Assembly: GCA_963648925.1 (NCBI GenBank)
Contig: CAVJFO010000036.1
Location: 1,681 to 65,680 of the forward strand
Length of the DNA stretch: 64,000 nt
Reading direction: 5' to 3'
DNA from: Hallerella sp.
Lineage (GTDB): Bacteria; Bacillota_I; Bacilli_A; RFN20; CAG-826
Shown: piece by piece, positions 44,221 through 52,779 of the stretch
Layout: each line of letters starts with the position of its first letter
How positions within the stretch are numbered: the first letter of the stretch is position 1
Notes under the pieces: model-generated
Told to the model about the DNA's origin: nothing
The model's database searches: none
Seen by the model: only the letters and a program-made list of their open reading frames with translations
Program-made: the position numbers and the translations under genes

Positions 44221-44235
44221 GTGAAAAACTTTCAC
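44221..44235. repeat. 15-bp palindrome GTGAAAAACTTTCAC (second copy, centre 33 bp from the first)
   Basis: Read directly. Immediately preceded by TATAAT (44215-44220). Confidence 0.9.
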
Positions 44236-44329
44236 TTTTAACTTTTTAAAAATGATGTTTAGTTGTTGTTTATCAGTATGCGATTGCCTTATGGTTAGCA
44301 CTATTAGAAGAAATAAAAGATATCGCCAA

Positions 44330-45514
44330 TTATTTCATAATGGCTATCACGTGTTCCTGCCTTCCTCCAACTGGAATAGGCTTTCTATTTTCGATATAAA
44401 TATCGGTCTCACTTCTCATGCCGTAGTCGGGTGCGTAAATGCCCGGCTCAAGGGAGAATGTAACACCGTCTGTTATTTCTCTTGTATCATGCGATTCGTA
44501 ATTGTCTATATTAACTCCAGGTCCATGAGGGGAAACATCGACGGCAATTGAATGACCTGTTCTATGGGTGAAATATTCACCAAATCCCTTAGATTCAATG
44601 TAATTCCTTCCGATATCATCAATTTCATATCCTTCGACACGACGTAAAGGAAGATTTTTCTCTAAGAATTCAATATCTAAGTCGATGGCTTTTTTCAAAA
44701 CTTGGAATCTATTTTCGATTTCTTCTGGAACTTCTTTCCCAACGTAGCCCATCCAAGTGATATCGGCATAAACTCCTTCAGGATCATCCATTTTTGCCCA
44801 CATATCAATTAAAACAACGTCGTTTTCTTTGATTGGCGATGAAGTTTTTTCGTCTGGGCCATAATGAGGATTTGAAGCGTTTTTCCCGACTGCGACAATG
44901 GCGGGATCATCATAAACCATGCCTTCTTCATGGAATCTATCACATATAAATTGCTGAATCGCGTATTCTTGAACCTCTCCATGGAGAAGAATTTCTTCTT
45001 TTATTTTTGCAAACGCCTCATCTTTTATTTGCAAAGCTAATTTGCAAGCTTGGAGTTGGAGAGAATGCGCTCTAGAAGAATATACGGCGTTAAACTGTTG
45101 AAGAAGATCCCCGGATGATAAGACTTGAATGCCTAATGATTTTATAAATTCAACTGAGCCGTAATCCGCTAAAGATATTCTTGGTAGTAAGCCATTTTCA
45201 GAAATATCCATATAAACCTTTTTATAGTTTTTGAAGGATTCTTTCTCTATTTCTAACATCTCTTGCCAGGTTTTATATACGCGTAAATCAAAATCCTTGA
45301 GAATTTCAGGATCGTTTAAAAATACGGTGTCTATTGTATGTGTAATGAGATACGATTTTTCATCTTTAGGGAAAACAACGATTATTTTTCTAGTAAGCAT
45401 CTTGTTGCCTAAAAAAGAAACGACAGTTTTATTACGATTTTCATAATCAACAAGAACCCATGCGTCTACGTTGTTTTTATTGAGTTGATTTTTTATAAGT
45501 TCAAATTTGTTCAT
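44330..45514 (-). CDS. M24-family Xaa-Pro aminopeptidase/dipeptidase
   Basis: Start moved to M10 (MNKFELIKNQ; AAGAGG SD). Pita-bread motifs: DMWAKMD, HRTGHSIAV, SLEPGIY, ETDIYI. Confidence 0.8.
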   Translation of the reverse strand: MNKFELIKNQLNKNNVDAWVLVDYENRNKTVVSFLGNKMLTRKIIVVFPKDEKSYLITHTIDTVFLNDPEILKDFDLRVYKTWQEMLEIEKESFKNYKKVYMDISENGLLPRISLADYGSVEFIKSLGIQVLSSGDLLQQFNAVYSSRAHSLQLQACKLALQIKDEAFAKIKEEILLHGEVQEYAIQQFICDRFHEEGMVYDDPAIVAVGKNASNPHYGPDEKTSSPIKENDVVLIDMWAKMDDPEGVYADITWMGYVGKEVPEEIENRFQVLKKAIDLDIEFLEKNLPLRRVEGYEIDDIGRNYIESKGFGEYFTHRTGHSIAVDVSPHGPGVNIDNYESHDTREITDGVTFSLEPGIYAPDYGMRSETDIYIENRKPIPVGGRQEHVIAIMK

Positions 45515-45571
45515 AGTTAGCCTCTTAAATAATTTTACCATTACTAGGTATTTTTGTTTAAAATGTTAAAT

Positions 45572-47344
45572 ATGAAATTGAAGACAAAATATACGGAAAA
45601 CATTGATAGGAAATGCCCTCTAGCAGGACATCCTAATCCGTATTGGAAAAGAAAAAATTTCATTTCATTAAATGGGGAATGGGATTTTGAAATCGATAAA
45701 AAGAAAGAACTGCCTCTTAATTATAGCGAAAAGATTCTCGTTCCTTTTGCAGTAGAAACTCCATTAAGTGGAATTGAACGCAAAGTAGAAAATGATGACT
45801 ATTTGCATTATAAAAAAATAATTTTAATTGACGATAAAAATATTGGGAAAAATGGCTTATTGAGATTTATGGCCGTTGATCAAGAATGCGACGTCTATAT
45901 TAATGGAGAACACGCTTATCATAACGAAGGCGGATATTTTCCTTTCACCGTTTTTATTCCTTCTTTGAAAAATAAGTTAACAATTGAGCTAATCGTTCAT
46001 GATGATACTGCGTCTTCAAAATACGCTAGAGGAAAACAATCAAATTCGCCAAAAGGAATTTGGTATATGCCAACAAGCGGTGTCTGGCAAGAAGTGTATT
46101 TAGAATTTATTGAATGCGATGCATATTTAGAATCAGTTAAAATAACAACAGATTTTGATAATAAAAAACTTATTTTTAATGGGGTTTCGCAGGGAAAAAT
46201 TGAAAAAACTAAAATTTCTATCCTTTATAATGGCGCGAAAGTTGGCGAGGGATTCTTTGATGAGTATCTCCATTCCGAAATAACGTTAGAAAAGGATTTC
46301 CATCCTTGGAGTCCAGAAAATCCAAATTTGTACGACATAATATATTCTTCCTCGAATGATGAAATTTCTTCCGTTTATGGCATAAGAAAAATCTCCTTCG
46401 AAAACGTTAACGGTTTTAAATATCTTACATTAAATGATAAGCCGATATTTTTAAATGGTCTTCTTGATCAAGGTTATTATCCTGATGGGGGATTAACTCC
46501 ACCAAGCATCGAAGCATTGCAAGATGATATTAAATTGACTAAAGAATGCGGTTTTAATTGTCTTAGAAAACATATCAAAATTGATTTAGCCCGTTTCTAT
46601 TATCTTTGTGATAAAGAAGGCATTGTCGTAATGCAAGATTTGTTAAATGGCGGGGCTAAATATTCTCAACTCTTAATAAACCTTGCACCTTTCTTGCCTC
46701 TTAAAATTTCAGATAAAAATCCTATTTTGGGGCGTAAAGACGATGTCTCAAAAAATCAATTTGTCATTGAGATGAAAAAGACAATAGATAGACTTTATAA
46801 CATTCCTTCTATTTTGATTTGGACCTTATTTAATGAAGGGTGGGGACAGTTTGACACAAAAGAGAATCTAACCAAACTTAGAGAACTTGACTCAACAAGG
46901 CTAATCGATGCTACAAGTGGCTGGTATGATAAAAAGATAGGGGATTTCTATTCAAGACACATTTATTTCAGACCAGTATTTTTAAGAAATGATAAAAAAC
47001 GCCTAATGTCTTTAACTGAGTTTGGCGGATATTCTTGCTATATAAAAGGACATTCTTGGAGCGATAAAGAGTTCGGATATAAGAAGTTTAAAAATCCTTC
47101 CTTGTTGCAAGATGGATTAGCTCATCTTTTTGAAAAAGAGGTGATGCGTGGAGTTAAAAATGCTCGTTTATGCATCTCTATTTATACTCAATTAAGCGAT
47201 GTAGAAGAAGAAGTTAACGGTCTTGTCACCTACGATAGGGAAGTTATAAAAGTTGATTGCAAACGGATGAAAAACATAAACGAAAAAATCAGCGATGAGT
47301 ATAAAAAGAAATATTTGGAGGACAAGAACAATGCTAAAAATTAA
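45572..47344 (+). CDS. glycoside hydrolase family 2 protein (beta-galactosidase/glucuronidase-like)
   Basis: LNGEWDFE N-terminal sugar-binding pattern, DQGYYPDG, and the catalytic-acid region WTLFNEGWGQ. Start uncertain (TTG 45554, ATG 45563 or ATG 45572). Confidence 0.7.
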   Translation: MKLKTKYTENIDRKCPLAGHPNPYWKRKNFISLNGEWDFEIDKKKELPLNYSEKILVPFAVETPLSGIERKVENDDYLHYKKIILIDDKNIGKNGLLRFMAVDQECDVYINGEHAYHNEGGYFPFTVFIPSLKNKLTIELIVHDDTASSKYARGKQSNSPKGIWYMPTSGVWQEVYLEFIECDAYLESVKITTDFDNKKLIFNGVSQGKIEKTKISILYNGAKVGEGFFDEYLHSEITLEKDFHPWSPENPNLYDIIYSSSNDEISSVYGIRKISFENVNGFKYLTLNDKPIFLNGLLDQGYYPDGGLTPPSIEALQDDIKLTKECGFNCLRKHIKIDLARFYYLCDKEGIVVMQDLLNGGAKYSQLLINLAPFLPLKISDKNPILGRKDDVSKNQFVIEMKKTIDRLYNIPSILIWTLFNEGWGQFDTKENLTKLRELDSTRLIDATSGWYDKKIGDFYSRHIYFRPVFLRNDKKRLMSLTEFGGYSCYIKGHSWSDKEFGYKKFKNPSLLQDGLAHLFEKEVMRGVKNARLCISIYTQLSDVEEEVNGLVTYDREVIKVDCKRMKNINEKISDEYKKKYLEDKNNAKN

Positions 47345-48128
47345 AGCAGCTTTTTTTGATTTGGATTGGACCTTATATAACCACAAAGACGATAGATGGG
47401 ATGAAGAATCCATTGAAGCGATTAAGGAACTACAAAAATTAGGTGTTAAGGTTTTTATTTGCACGGCTAGACCTTATTGTTCTTTTGAATGGCTCGGGGC
47501 TTTTAAACTTGGAATAGATTGGGATGGATATATTGCTTCAGCGGGTGGCTATTGCTTTGCTGATGGAAAATATCTTTTCACTAGCAAGTTTGAAGAAAAA
47601 GACGTTAGAAAATTTATAGACTTAGCTTTAAAAAATAACTCGACGCTTGAACTAGTTGAATTAAAAACGAGAAAACTTATTGCCCCTTTAAATAAAGAAG
47701 CGGAAGATCATTACAAAAGGTTTAAAGAATATATTCCAGAAATTGAGCCATATGAAGGCGAAGATGTCGAAGGCATCAATTTCTTTGCATCCGAAGAAGT
47801 GGATGAACTTTTTAAGAAGGAGTTCCCAAATTTAGTTTATTGGAGATACACGCCTACGGCAGTTGATGTTAGCCCTTTTGAACACGAAAAAGGAAGATTG
47901 ATCAAAGTCGTTCTTGATTATTACGGCTTTAGCAAAGATGAAGCGATCGCCTTTGGCGATGATTATCAAGATCTTACCATGGCAAAAGAAGTTAAATATT
48001 TCATTTCAATGGGCAATGGCAGAGACGAAGTTAAAAAAGTTGCCTATTACGTTACTGATGAAGTATGGAATTCTGGCGTTGCTCATGCAATAGATAAAAT
48101 CATCAATGAAATTAATTTCTTAAAATGA
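47331..48128 (+). CDS. HAD-superfamily Cof-type (IIB) phosphatase
   Basis: Start moved to MLKIKAAFFDLDWTL (DxD motif; GGAGG 9 nt upstream). C-terminal GDDYQDL motif. Overlaps the GH2 stop. Confidence 0.8.
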   Translation: MLKIKAAFFDLDWTLYNHKDDRWDEESIEAIKELQKLGVKVFICTARPYCSFEWLGAFKLGIDWDGYIASAGGYCFADGKYLFTSKFEEKDVRKFIDLALKNNSTLELVELKTRKLIAPLNKEAEDHYKRFKEYIPEIEPYEGEDVEGINFFASEEVDELFKKEFPNLVYWRYTPTAVDVSPFEHEKGRLIKVVLDYYGFSKDEAIAFGDDYQDLTMAKEVKYFISMGNGRDEVKKVAYYVTDEVWNSGVAHAIDKIINEINFLK

Positions 48129-48131
48129 TGC

Positions 48132-48149
48132 ACTATCTATATAGATAGT
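48132..48149. promoter_or_regulatory. perfect 18-bp palindrome ACTATCTATATAGATAGT upstream of the polyamine operon (operator or weak terminator)
   Basis: Read directly. 3 nt upstream of a TATTAT -10-like box (48153-48158) and 14 nt before the ATG at 48164. Confidence 0.4.
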
Positions 48150-48163
48150 AGTATTATTTTCCC

Positions 48164-50779
48164 ATGAAAAAATTAGATCAAAGCATAACGCCTTATGTTG
48201 ATGCCTTAGGCAAGTACATAAAAGACAATGTTGCACCTTTTGATGTGCCTGGACACCATATGGGAAACATCAAAAATAACGCAACGGATTTATTAGGAGA
48301 AGAAACTTATCGTTTAGATGTTAATTCTCCTGTCGGATTGGATACTCTTGGCAATCCTCATGGCGTTATTAAGGAAGCGGCAGAATATTTAGCTGAAGCA
48401 TGCGATGCCGATGAAGCGTTCTTCCTAGTTAACGGTACCTCATCAGGCATAATCGCAATGATTCTTACGGCAGTTAAAGCCAATGAGAAAATAATTCTTC
48501 CTAGAAATATTCATAAATCCGTTATCAACGCTTTGATACTTTCTGGCGCTAGACCAGCCTATGTAATGCCAGAAATCGATCTTGATTTAGGAATTGCGAA
48601 CCAACCTTCAGTTGAGCAATGGAAGAAAGCAATTTTGCGCAATCCATCTGCAAAAGCTATTTTCATTATCAATCCAACATATTTTGGCGCAGTTACCAAC
48701 TTAAAGGAAGTAACTGATTTTGCCCACGCTCATCATATGGCCGTTTTAGTTGATGAAGCACATGGTGCTCATTACTATTTTCACGCAGATAATTCTTTAA
48801 TGACCGCGATGAAAGCAGGCGCTGATATGTCTGCAGCCTCTTTTCATAAAACGAATGGCTCTTTAACCCAGTCCTCCGTTTTGCTTCTTAAAGGAAATAG
48901 ATTCAAAAGAGAAGATGTTCAACGCTCTTTAAATATCATCAATTCTACTTCGCCATCTGGATTGTTGATTGCATCCATTGATGGAGCTCGCTCTTTTATG
49001 GCTTCCGCGGAAGGCAAAAAAGCGATGGATAACGTCTATGAACTCGCTTCATACGCTAGGAAAAAAATCGCGAAAATTCCTGGATTTAAAAATGAAGATA
49101 GGAATCATTTTTTAGCGCATGGCGCCTATGATTATGATGAAACTAAGTTGGTTATTGGCCTTGATCATTTAGATTTAGACGGATTTGAACTTTATCATCT
49201 TTTAAAGGAAAAATATCAAGTTCAAATGGAATTGGCTGAACCAAATGAGATTCTTGCTATATTCTCTATTGGCACGAAAAAGAAACATGTCGATCAATTG
49301 ATTTCCGCCTTAAAAGATATCTCTAAAAACCACTACGACACCAAACACGTAAGAAAGAAAGCTCATTACGATTCTTCAATGCCTTTTCAACTTGTTAGAC
49401 CTCGTGTTTCGTTCAACGCACCTGGCAAATTAGTGAAAATTGATGATTGCGAAGGAGAAATATCCAAAGAACAAATAATGATGTATCCGCCAGGAATTCC
49501 TCTAATCGCACCAGGCGAAGTTTGGTCAAAAGAACTTGTTGAACAAGTAAAAACTTTCCAAAGCTCGAAAGAAACAAGCACAAAACTTTTATCCTCTTAT
49601 CATGGTTTATATGAAGTAATTGATACAGCGAAATGGAGGCGTTTTATGTTTTATCAAAAGAATCTCGAAGACTATTATGAAAACAAAATAACGACTGTTT
49701 CTAATGATGGCTTTCATTTTCCTTTTGAAGGAGATGAACATAAGGCAACCTTCATTCTTATGCCTTCAAGATTGGACACTTGGAGAAAGAAAGCCAAACC
49801 TGCCCAAGAAAATTTCATCGAAGTAATTAAAGCGATTGCTAAACACGAACCAGTTATAGTCGGATGTAATCAAAGCATTAGCAAGTCTTTAGTCGAAAGA
49901 ATCAACTCGTTAGAAAACGTTTCAACGATGAAATTACGTTATAACGATGCCTGGGCGAGGGATAATATGCCTTTATTCGTTACCGATGGAAAGAGTCTTA
50001 GAACAGTCGATTTCCGTTTTAATGCTTGGGGTGGCGAAGTTGATGGACTATATTCTGACTATGAAGATGATGATAATTTGGGAGCGTTGGTCTCAAAGAA
50101 ACTTAAACTTCTATCATATTATCTTCCTTCATTTGTTTTAGAAGGCGGGTCTATCGCACTTGATGGCGAAGGAACTTTGATAACCACTGAAGCGTGCCTT
50201 CTATCAAAAGGAAGAAACCCATATTATCAAAAGGCAGAAATCGAAGAGATTTTAAAAGACTATTTAGGTGTTGAAAAAATCATTTGGGTTCCGCATGGAA
50301 TTTATGAAGATGAAACGAATGAGCATGTCGATAACATGGTTTCCTTCATTAAACCTGGCGAAGTTGTGATGGCTTGGAGCGAAGATAAAAAAGACCCTCA
50401 ATATAAATATTGCCAGCAAACATATAAAGCCTTGCTTGAAGCAAGCGATGCAAAAGGAAGAAAGCTGATAATTCATAAACTTCCAGTGCCAAAACCATTA
50501 TATTTAAGCCAAGAAATAGCGGATGAATTATTGGCAAATCAAACTACGCTTGATAAAAGAGAGGGTGGAAGAAGACTAGCCGCTTCCTACGTAAATTACT
50601 ATCAAGGAAAAGATTTTATCATCATGCCTGCATTTGGTGTTAAGGAAGATGATGAAGCGTATCAAATCATGAAAACCCTCTACCCTAATAAGGAAATCCA
50701 CCAAATTAACACTTATGAAATATTGTTAGGCGGAGGAAATATCCACTGCATAACCATGCAACTTCCAAAGGAGAAATAA
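48164..50779 (+). CDS. fusion protein: PLP-dependent arginine (Orn/Lys/Arg) decarboxylase (aa about 1-490) plus agmatine deiminase (aa about 515-871)
   Basis: N-terminal half: FDVPGHHMG, LVNGTSSGI, VDEAHGAH, PLP-lysine SFHKTNGSLTQSS (SpeA/OKR_DC_1 type). C-terminal half: GFHFPFEGDEHKATFILMP..DTWR, NDAWARDNMP, VDNM, and the terminal GGGNIHCITMQLP catalytic-Cys motif of AguA. One uninterrupted 871-codon frame. Confidence 0.85.
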   Translation: MKKLDQSITPYVDALGKYIKDNVAPFDVPGHHMGNIKNNATDLLGEETYRLDVNSPVGLDTLGNPHGVIKEAAEYLAEACDADEAFFLVNGTSSGIIAMILTAVKANEKIILPRNIHKSVINALILSGARPAYVMPEIDLDLGIANQPSVEQWKKAILRNPSAKAIFIINPTYFGAVTNLKEVTDFAHAHHMAVLVDEAHGAHYYFHADNSLMTAMKAGADMSAASFHKTNGSLTQSSVLLLKGNRFKREDVQRSLNIINSTSPSGLLIASIDGARSFMASAEGKKAMDNVYELASYARKKIAKIPGFKNEDRNHFLAHGAYDYDETKLVIGLDHLDLDGFELYHLLKEKYQVQMELAEPNEILAIFSIGTKKKHVDQLISALKDISKNHYDTKHVRKKAHYDSSMPFQLVRPRVSFNAPGKLVKIDDCEGEISKEQIMMYPPGIPLIAPGEVWSKELVEQVKTFQSSKETSTKLLSSYHGLYEVIDTAKWRRFMFYQKNLEDYYENKITTVSNDGFHFPFEGDEHKATFILMPSRLDTWRKKAKPAQENFIEVIKAIAKHEPVIVGCNQSISKSLVERINSLENVSTMKLRYNDAWARDNMPLFVTDGKSLRTVDFRFNAWGGEVDGLYSDYEDDDNLGALVSKKLKLLSYYLPSFVLEGGSIALDGEGTLITTEACLLSKGRNPYYQKAEIEEILKDYLGVEKIIWVPHGIYEDETNEHVDNMVSFIKPGEVVMAWSEDKKDPQYKYCQQTYKALLEASDAKGRKLIIHKLPVPKPLYLSQEIADELLANQTTLDKREGGRRLAASYVNYYQGKDFIIMPAFGVKEDDEAYQIMKTLYPNKEIHQINTYEILLGGGNIHCITMQLPKEK

Positions 50780-50781
50780 AT

Positions 50782-51642
50782 ATGGTCAAAGTAGCAATAA
50801 CTCAATTCTCGATGTCAAAAAAATATGAAGAAAACATCGAAAAAGCTGACGCCCTTATTCGTAAGGCTAAAGAAGAAGGCGTTGATTTGCTTTTACTTCC
50901 TGAATTGTTTGAAGGACATTATTTTTGTCAGGTCGAAGACTATGATAATTTCCTTTTAGCGGAAGAATTCTCTTCCTCAAAAACAATCAAGCATTTCCAA
51001 GAGATGGCAAAAGAAAACCACATGGTCTTGCCAATTTCCTTTTTTGAGAGAAAAGGCAACTGTTTCTACAATTCTTTAGCTATGATCGATTCTGACGGAA
51101 AAATATTAGGCTTATACCGCAAATCGCATATCCCAACCGGAGAATGTTATGAAGAGAAATTCTATTTCAACCCAGGCGACACTGGTTTTAAAGTTTTCAA
51201 AACTAGGGTTGGCAAAATTGGCGTTGGCATTTGTTGGGATCAATGGTTCCCTGAAACAGCAAGAATTCTAGCTTTAAAAGGTGCGGAAATTTTACTTTTC
51301 CCGACTGCTATTGGTTCGGAGCCAGTTCTCGATAAAGATTCAAAGAATCATTGGCAAAACGTTATGAAGGGGCATGCGGCCGCTAATATAATGCCTGTGC
51401 TTGCATCAAATAGAGTTGGAGTTGAAGAGGTAAAAAATTCTTCAATGAAGTTCTTCGGCTCATCATTTATTGCTGATCAACATGGTGACTTTGTTTCTGT
51501 CATGGATCGTGAAGAAGAAGGCATGCGTGTAGCGGAATTCGATTTAAAAGAGATAGAAAAAGAACGTTATTCTTGGGGAGTATATCGTGATAGGAGAACC
51601 GATCTATATTCGCCATTACTCAAGAATCAAGACGAGGAATAA
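50782..51642 (+). CDS. aguB: N-carbamoylputrescine amidase (nitrilase superfamily)
   Basis: LPELFEGHYFCQ, YRKSHIP..EKFYFNPGDTGFKVF, ICWDQWFPE, PTAIGSEP. This is a motif-for-motif match to CPA/AguB. Confidence 0.9.
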   Translation: MVKVAITQFSMSKKYEENIEKADALIRKAKEEGVDLLLLPELFEGHYFCQVEDYDNFLLAEEFSSSKTIKHFQEMAKENHMVLPISFFERKGNCFYNSLAMIDSDGKILGLYRKSHIPTGECYEEKFYFNPGDTGFKVFKTRVGKIGVGICWDQWFPETARILALKGAEILLFPTAIGSEPVLDKDSKNHWQNVMKGHAAANIMPVLASNRVGVEEVKNSSMKFFGSSFIADQHGDFVSVMDREEEGMRVAEFDLKEIEKERYSWGVYRDRRTDLYSPLLKNQDEE

Positions 51643-51679
51643 CTTCGACTATTTAAGAATACCTTTCAAAGTAAAACTT

Positions 51680-51688
51680 TGATAAAAT
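51680..51688 (+). promoter_or_regulatory. extended -10 (TGaTAAAAT) 8 nt upstream of the pseudouridine synthase ATG
   Basis: tgataaaat at 51680-51688, ATG at 51697, no SD. Confidence 0.35.
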
Positions 51689-51696
51689 AAGACGAC

Positions 51697-52779
51697 ATGA
51701 ATAAGAACGATAGAAAAACACATAAATCAAAAAAAGATGCTAAAAAAGGTCTAATTGATCTTAATAAAACGAAAGTTTTCACGGTTAACCATGAAACTGT
51801 TTTGCTAGATTTCCTTAAAGAAAAGATTCCTTCACAATCTCAGCATAATATTTGTCGCATTATCGCTAATCACCAAGTTGCGGTTGGAGGTGCTCCTGTT
51901 TCTTTATTTAAATACAAACTTTACCCAGATGATGAAGTTATTGTTTCCTATAACCGCATTGCAAAGCATCAAAGAAAGGATCTTCCTATCATTTACGAAG
52001 ATGAGGATATCATTGCAATCAATAAGCCTAGCGGCCTTCTTTCAATTGCCTCAGATAGAGAAAAAGGGCGTACGGCATATCGCTTAATTAGCGATTACAT
52101 GACTCAAAAAGATCGTAACTCAAGAATCTTTGTCGTCCATCGATTAGATGAAGATACATCAGGCGTTCTTATTTTCGCAAAATCTTTTGAAGTCAAAGAA
52201 GCTCTTCAAAACAATTGGTCTGATATCGTTAAGAAACGTGGATATTACGCAATCGTTGAACCAGCTGATATTCCTGAAAAAGGCCATTTAGAAAATTACC
52301 TTGTTAATGATGAGGTTACATTTAACGTTTATGTAACCAAAGATAAACGTAAGGGAAAATTATGTATCACCGATTATAAGAAAATTACCTCTAATAAGAA
52401 ATACGCCTTATTAGATGTTAATATTTCTACCGGAAGAAAGAATCAGATCCGTGTTCAACTTGGCCATATCGGCTATAACATCATCGGCGATGACCGTTAT
52501 GGCGAACCATCAAATCCTATAAAGAGATTGGGTTTGCACGCTTACGAACTAGATTTCAAGAATCCATTAAACAATAAAGAATATAAGCTTAATTGTCCAA
52601 TTCCGCCTGCCTTTAAAAAGCTTATGGCCTCCAATGGAGACATCGAATTTAAAGCAGACAAGAAACAAGCTAAAGGCAAAGCTTTAGGCAAGAATCAAAT
52701 TAAAGACAAGAAAGCAAAAACAAAAACTAAAAAGACTAACAAGAAGAGAAGAAATGGAAACAGAAGCAAAGCAAAATAA
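51697..52779 (+). CDS. RluA-family (RluD-like) rRNA pseudouridine synthase with S4 domain and lysine-rich C-terminal tail
   Basis: Catalytic HRLDEDTSGVLIFAK, TGRKNQIRVQL, and the tail KKAKTKTKKTNKKRRNGNRSKAK. Confidence 0.85.
   Translation: MNKNDRKTHKSKKDAKKGLIDLNKTKVFTVNHETVLLDFLKEKIPSQSQHNICRIIANHQVAVGGAPVSLFKYKLYPDDEVIVSYNRIAKHQRKDLPIIYEDEDIIAINKPSGLLSIASDREKGRTAYRLISDYMTQKDRNSRIFVVHRLDEDTSGVLIFAKSFEVKEALQNNWSDIVKKRGYYAIVEPADIPEKGHLENYLVNDEVTFNVYVTKDKRKGKLCITDYKKITSNKKYALLDVNISTGRKNQIRVQLGHIGYNIIGDDRYGEPSNPIKRLGLHAYELDFKNPLNNKEYKLNCPIPPAFKKLMASNGDIEFKADKKQAKGKALGKNQIKDKKAKTKTKKTNKKRRNGNRSKAK

Noticed and set aside
44187-44235. Calling the twin palindromes Rex operators because they adjoin nfnAB
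   Set aside because: The arm spacing is one nt longer than the Rex consensus (TGTGAA-N4-TTCACA). The sites also lie downstream of nfnB in a convergent spacer, not in a promoter. I keep this only as an open finding.
44252-44551. 99-aa plus-strand ORF with a Cys-rich N-terminus (MMFSCCLSVCDCL)
   Set aside because: Two thirds of it is antisense to the 3' end of the M24 peptidase gene. It has no SD and an implausible composition.
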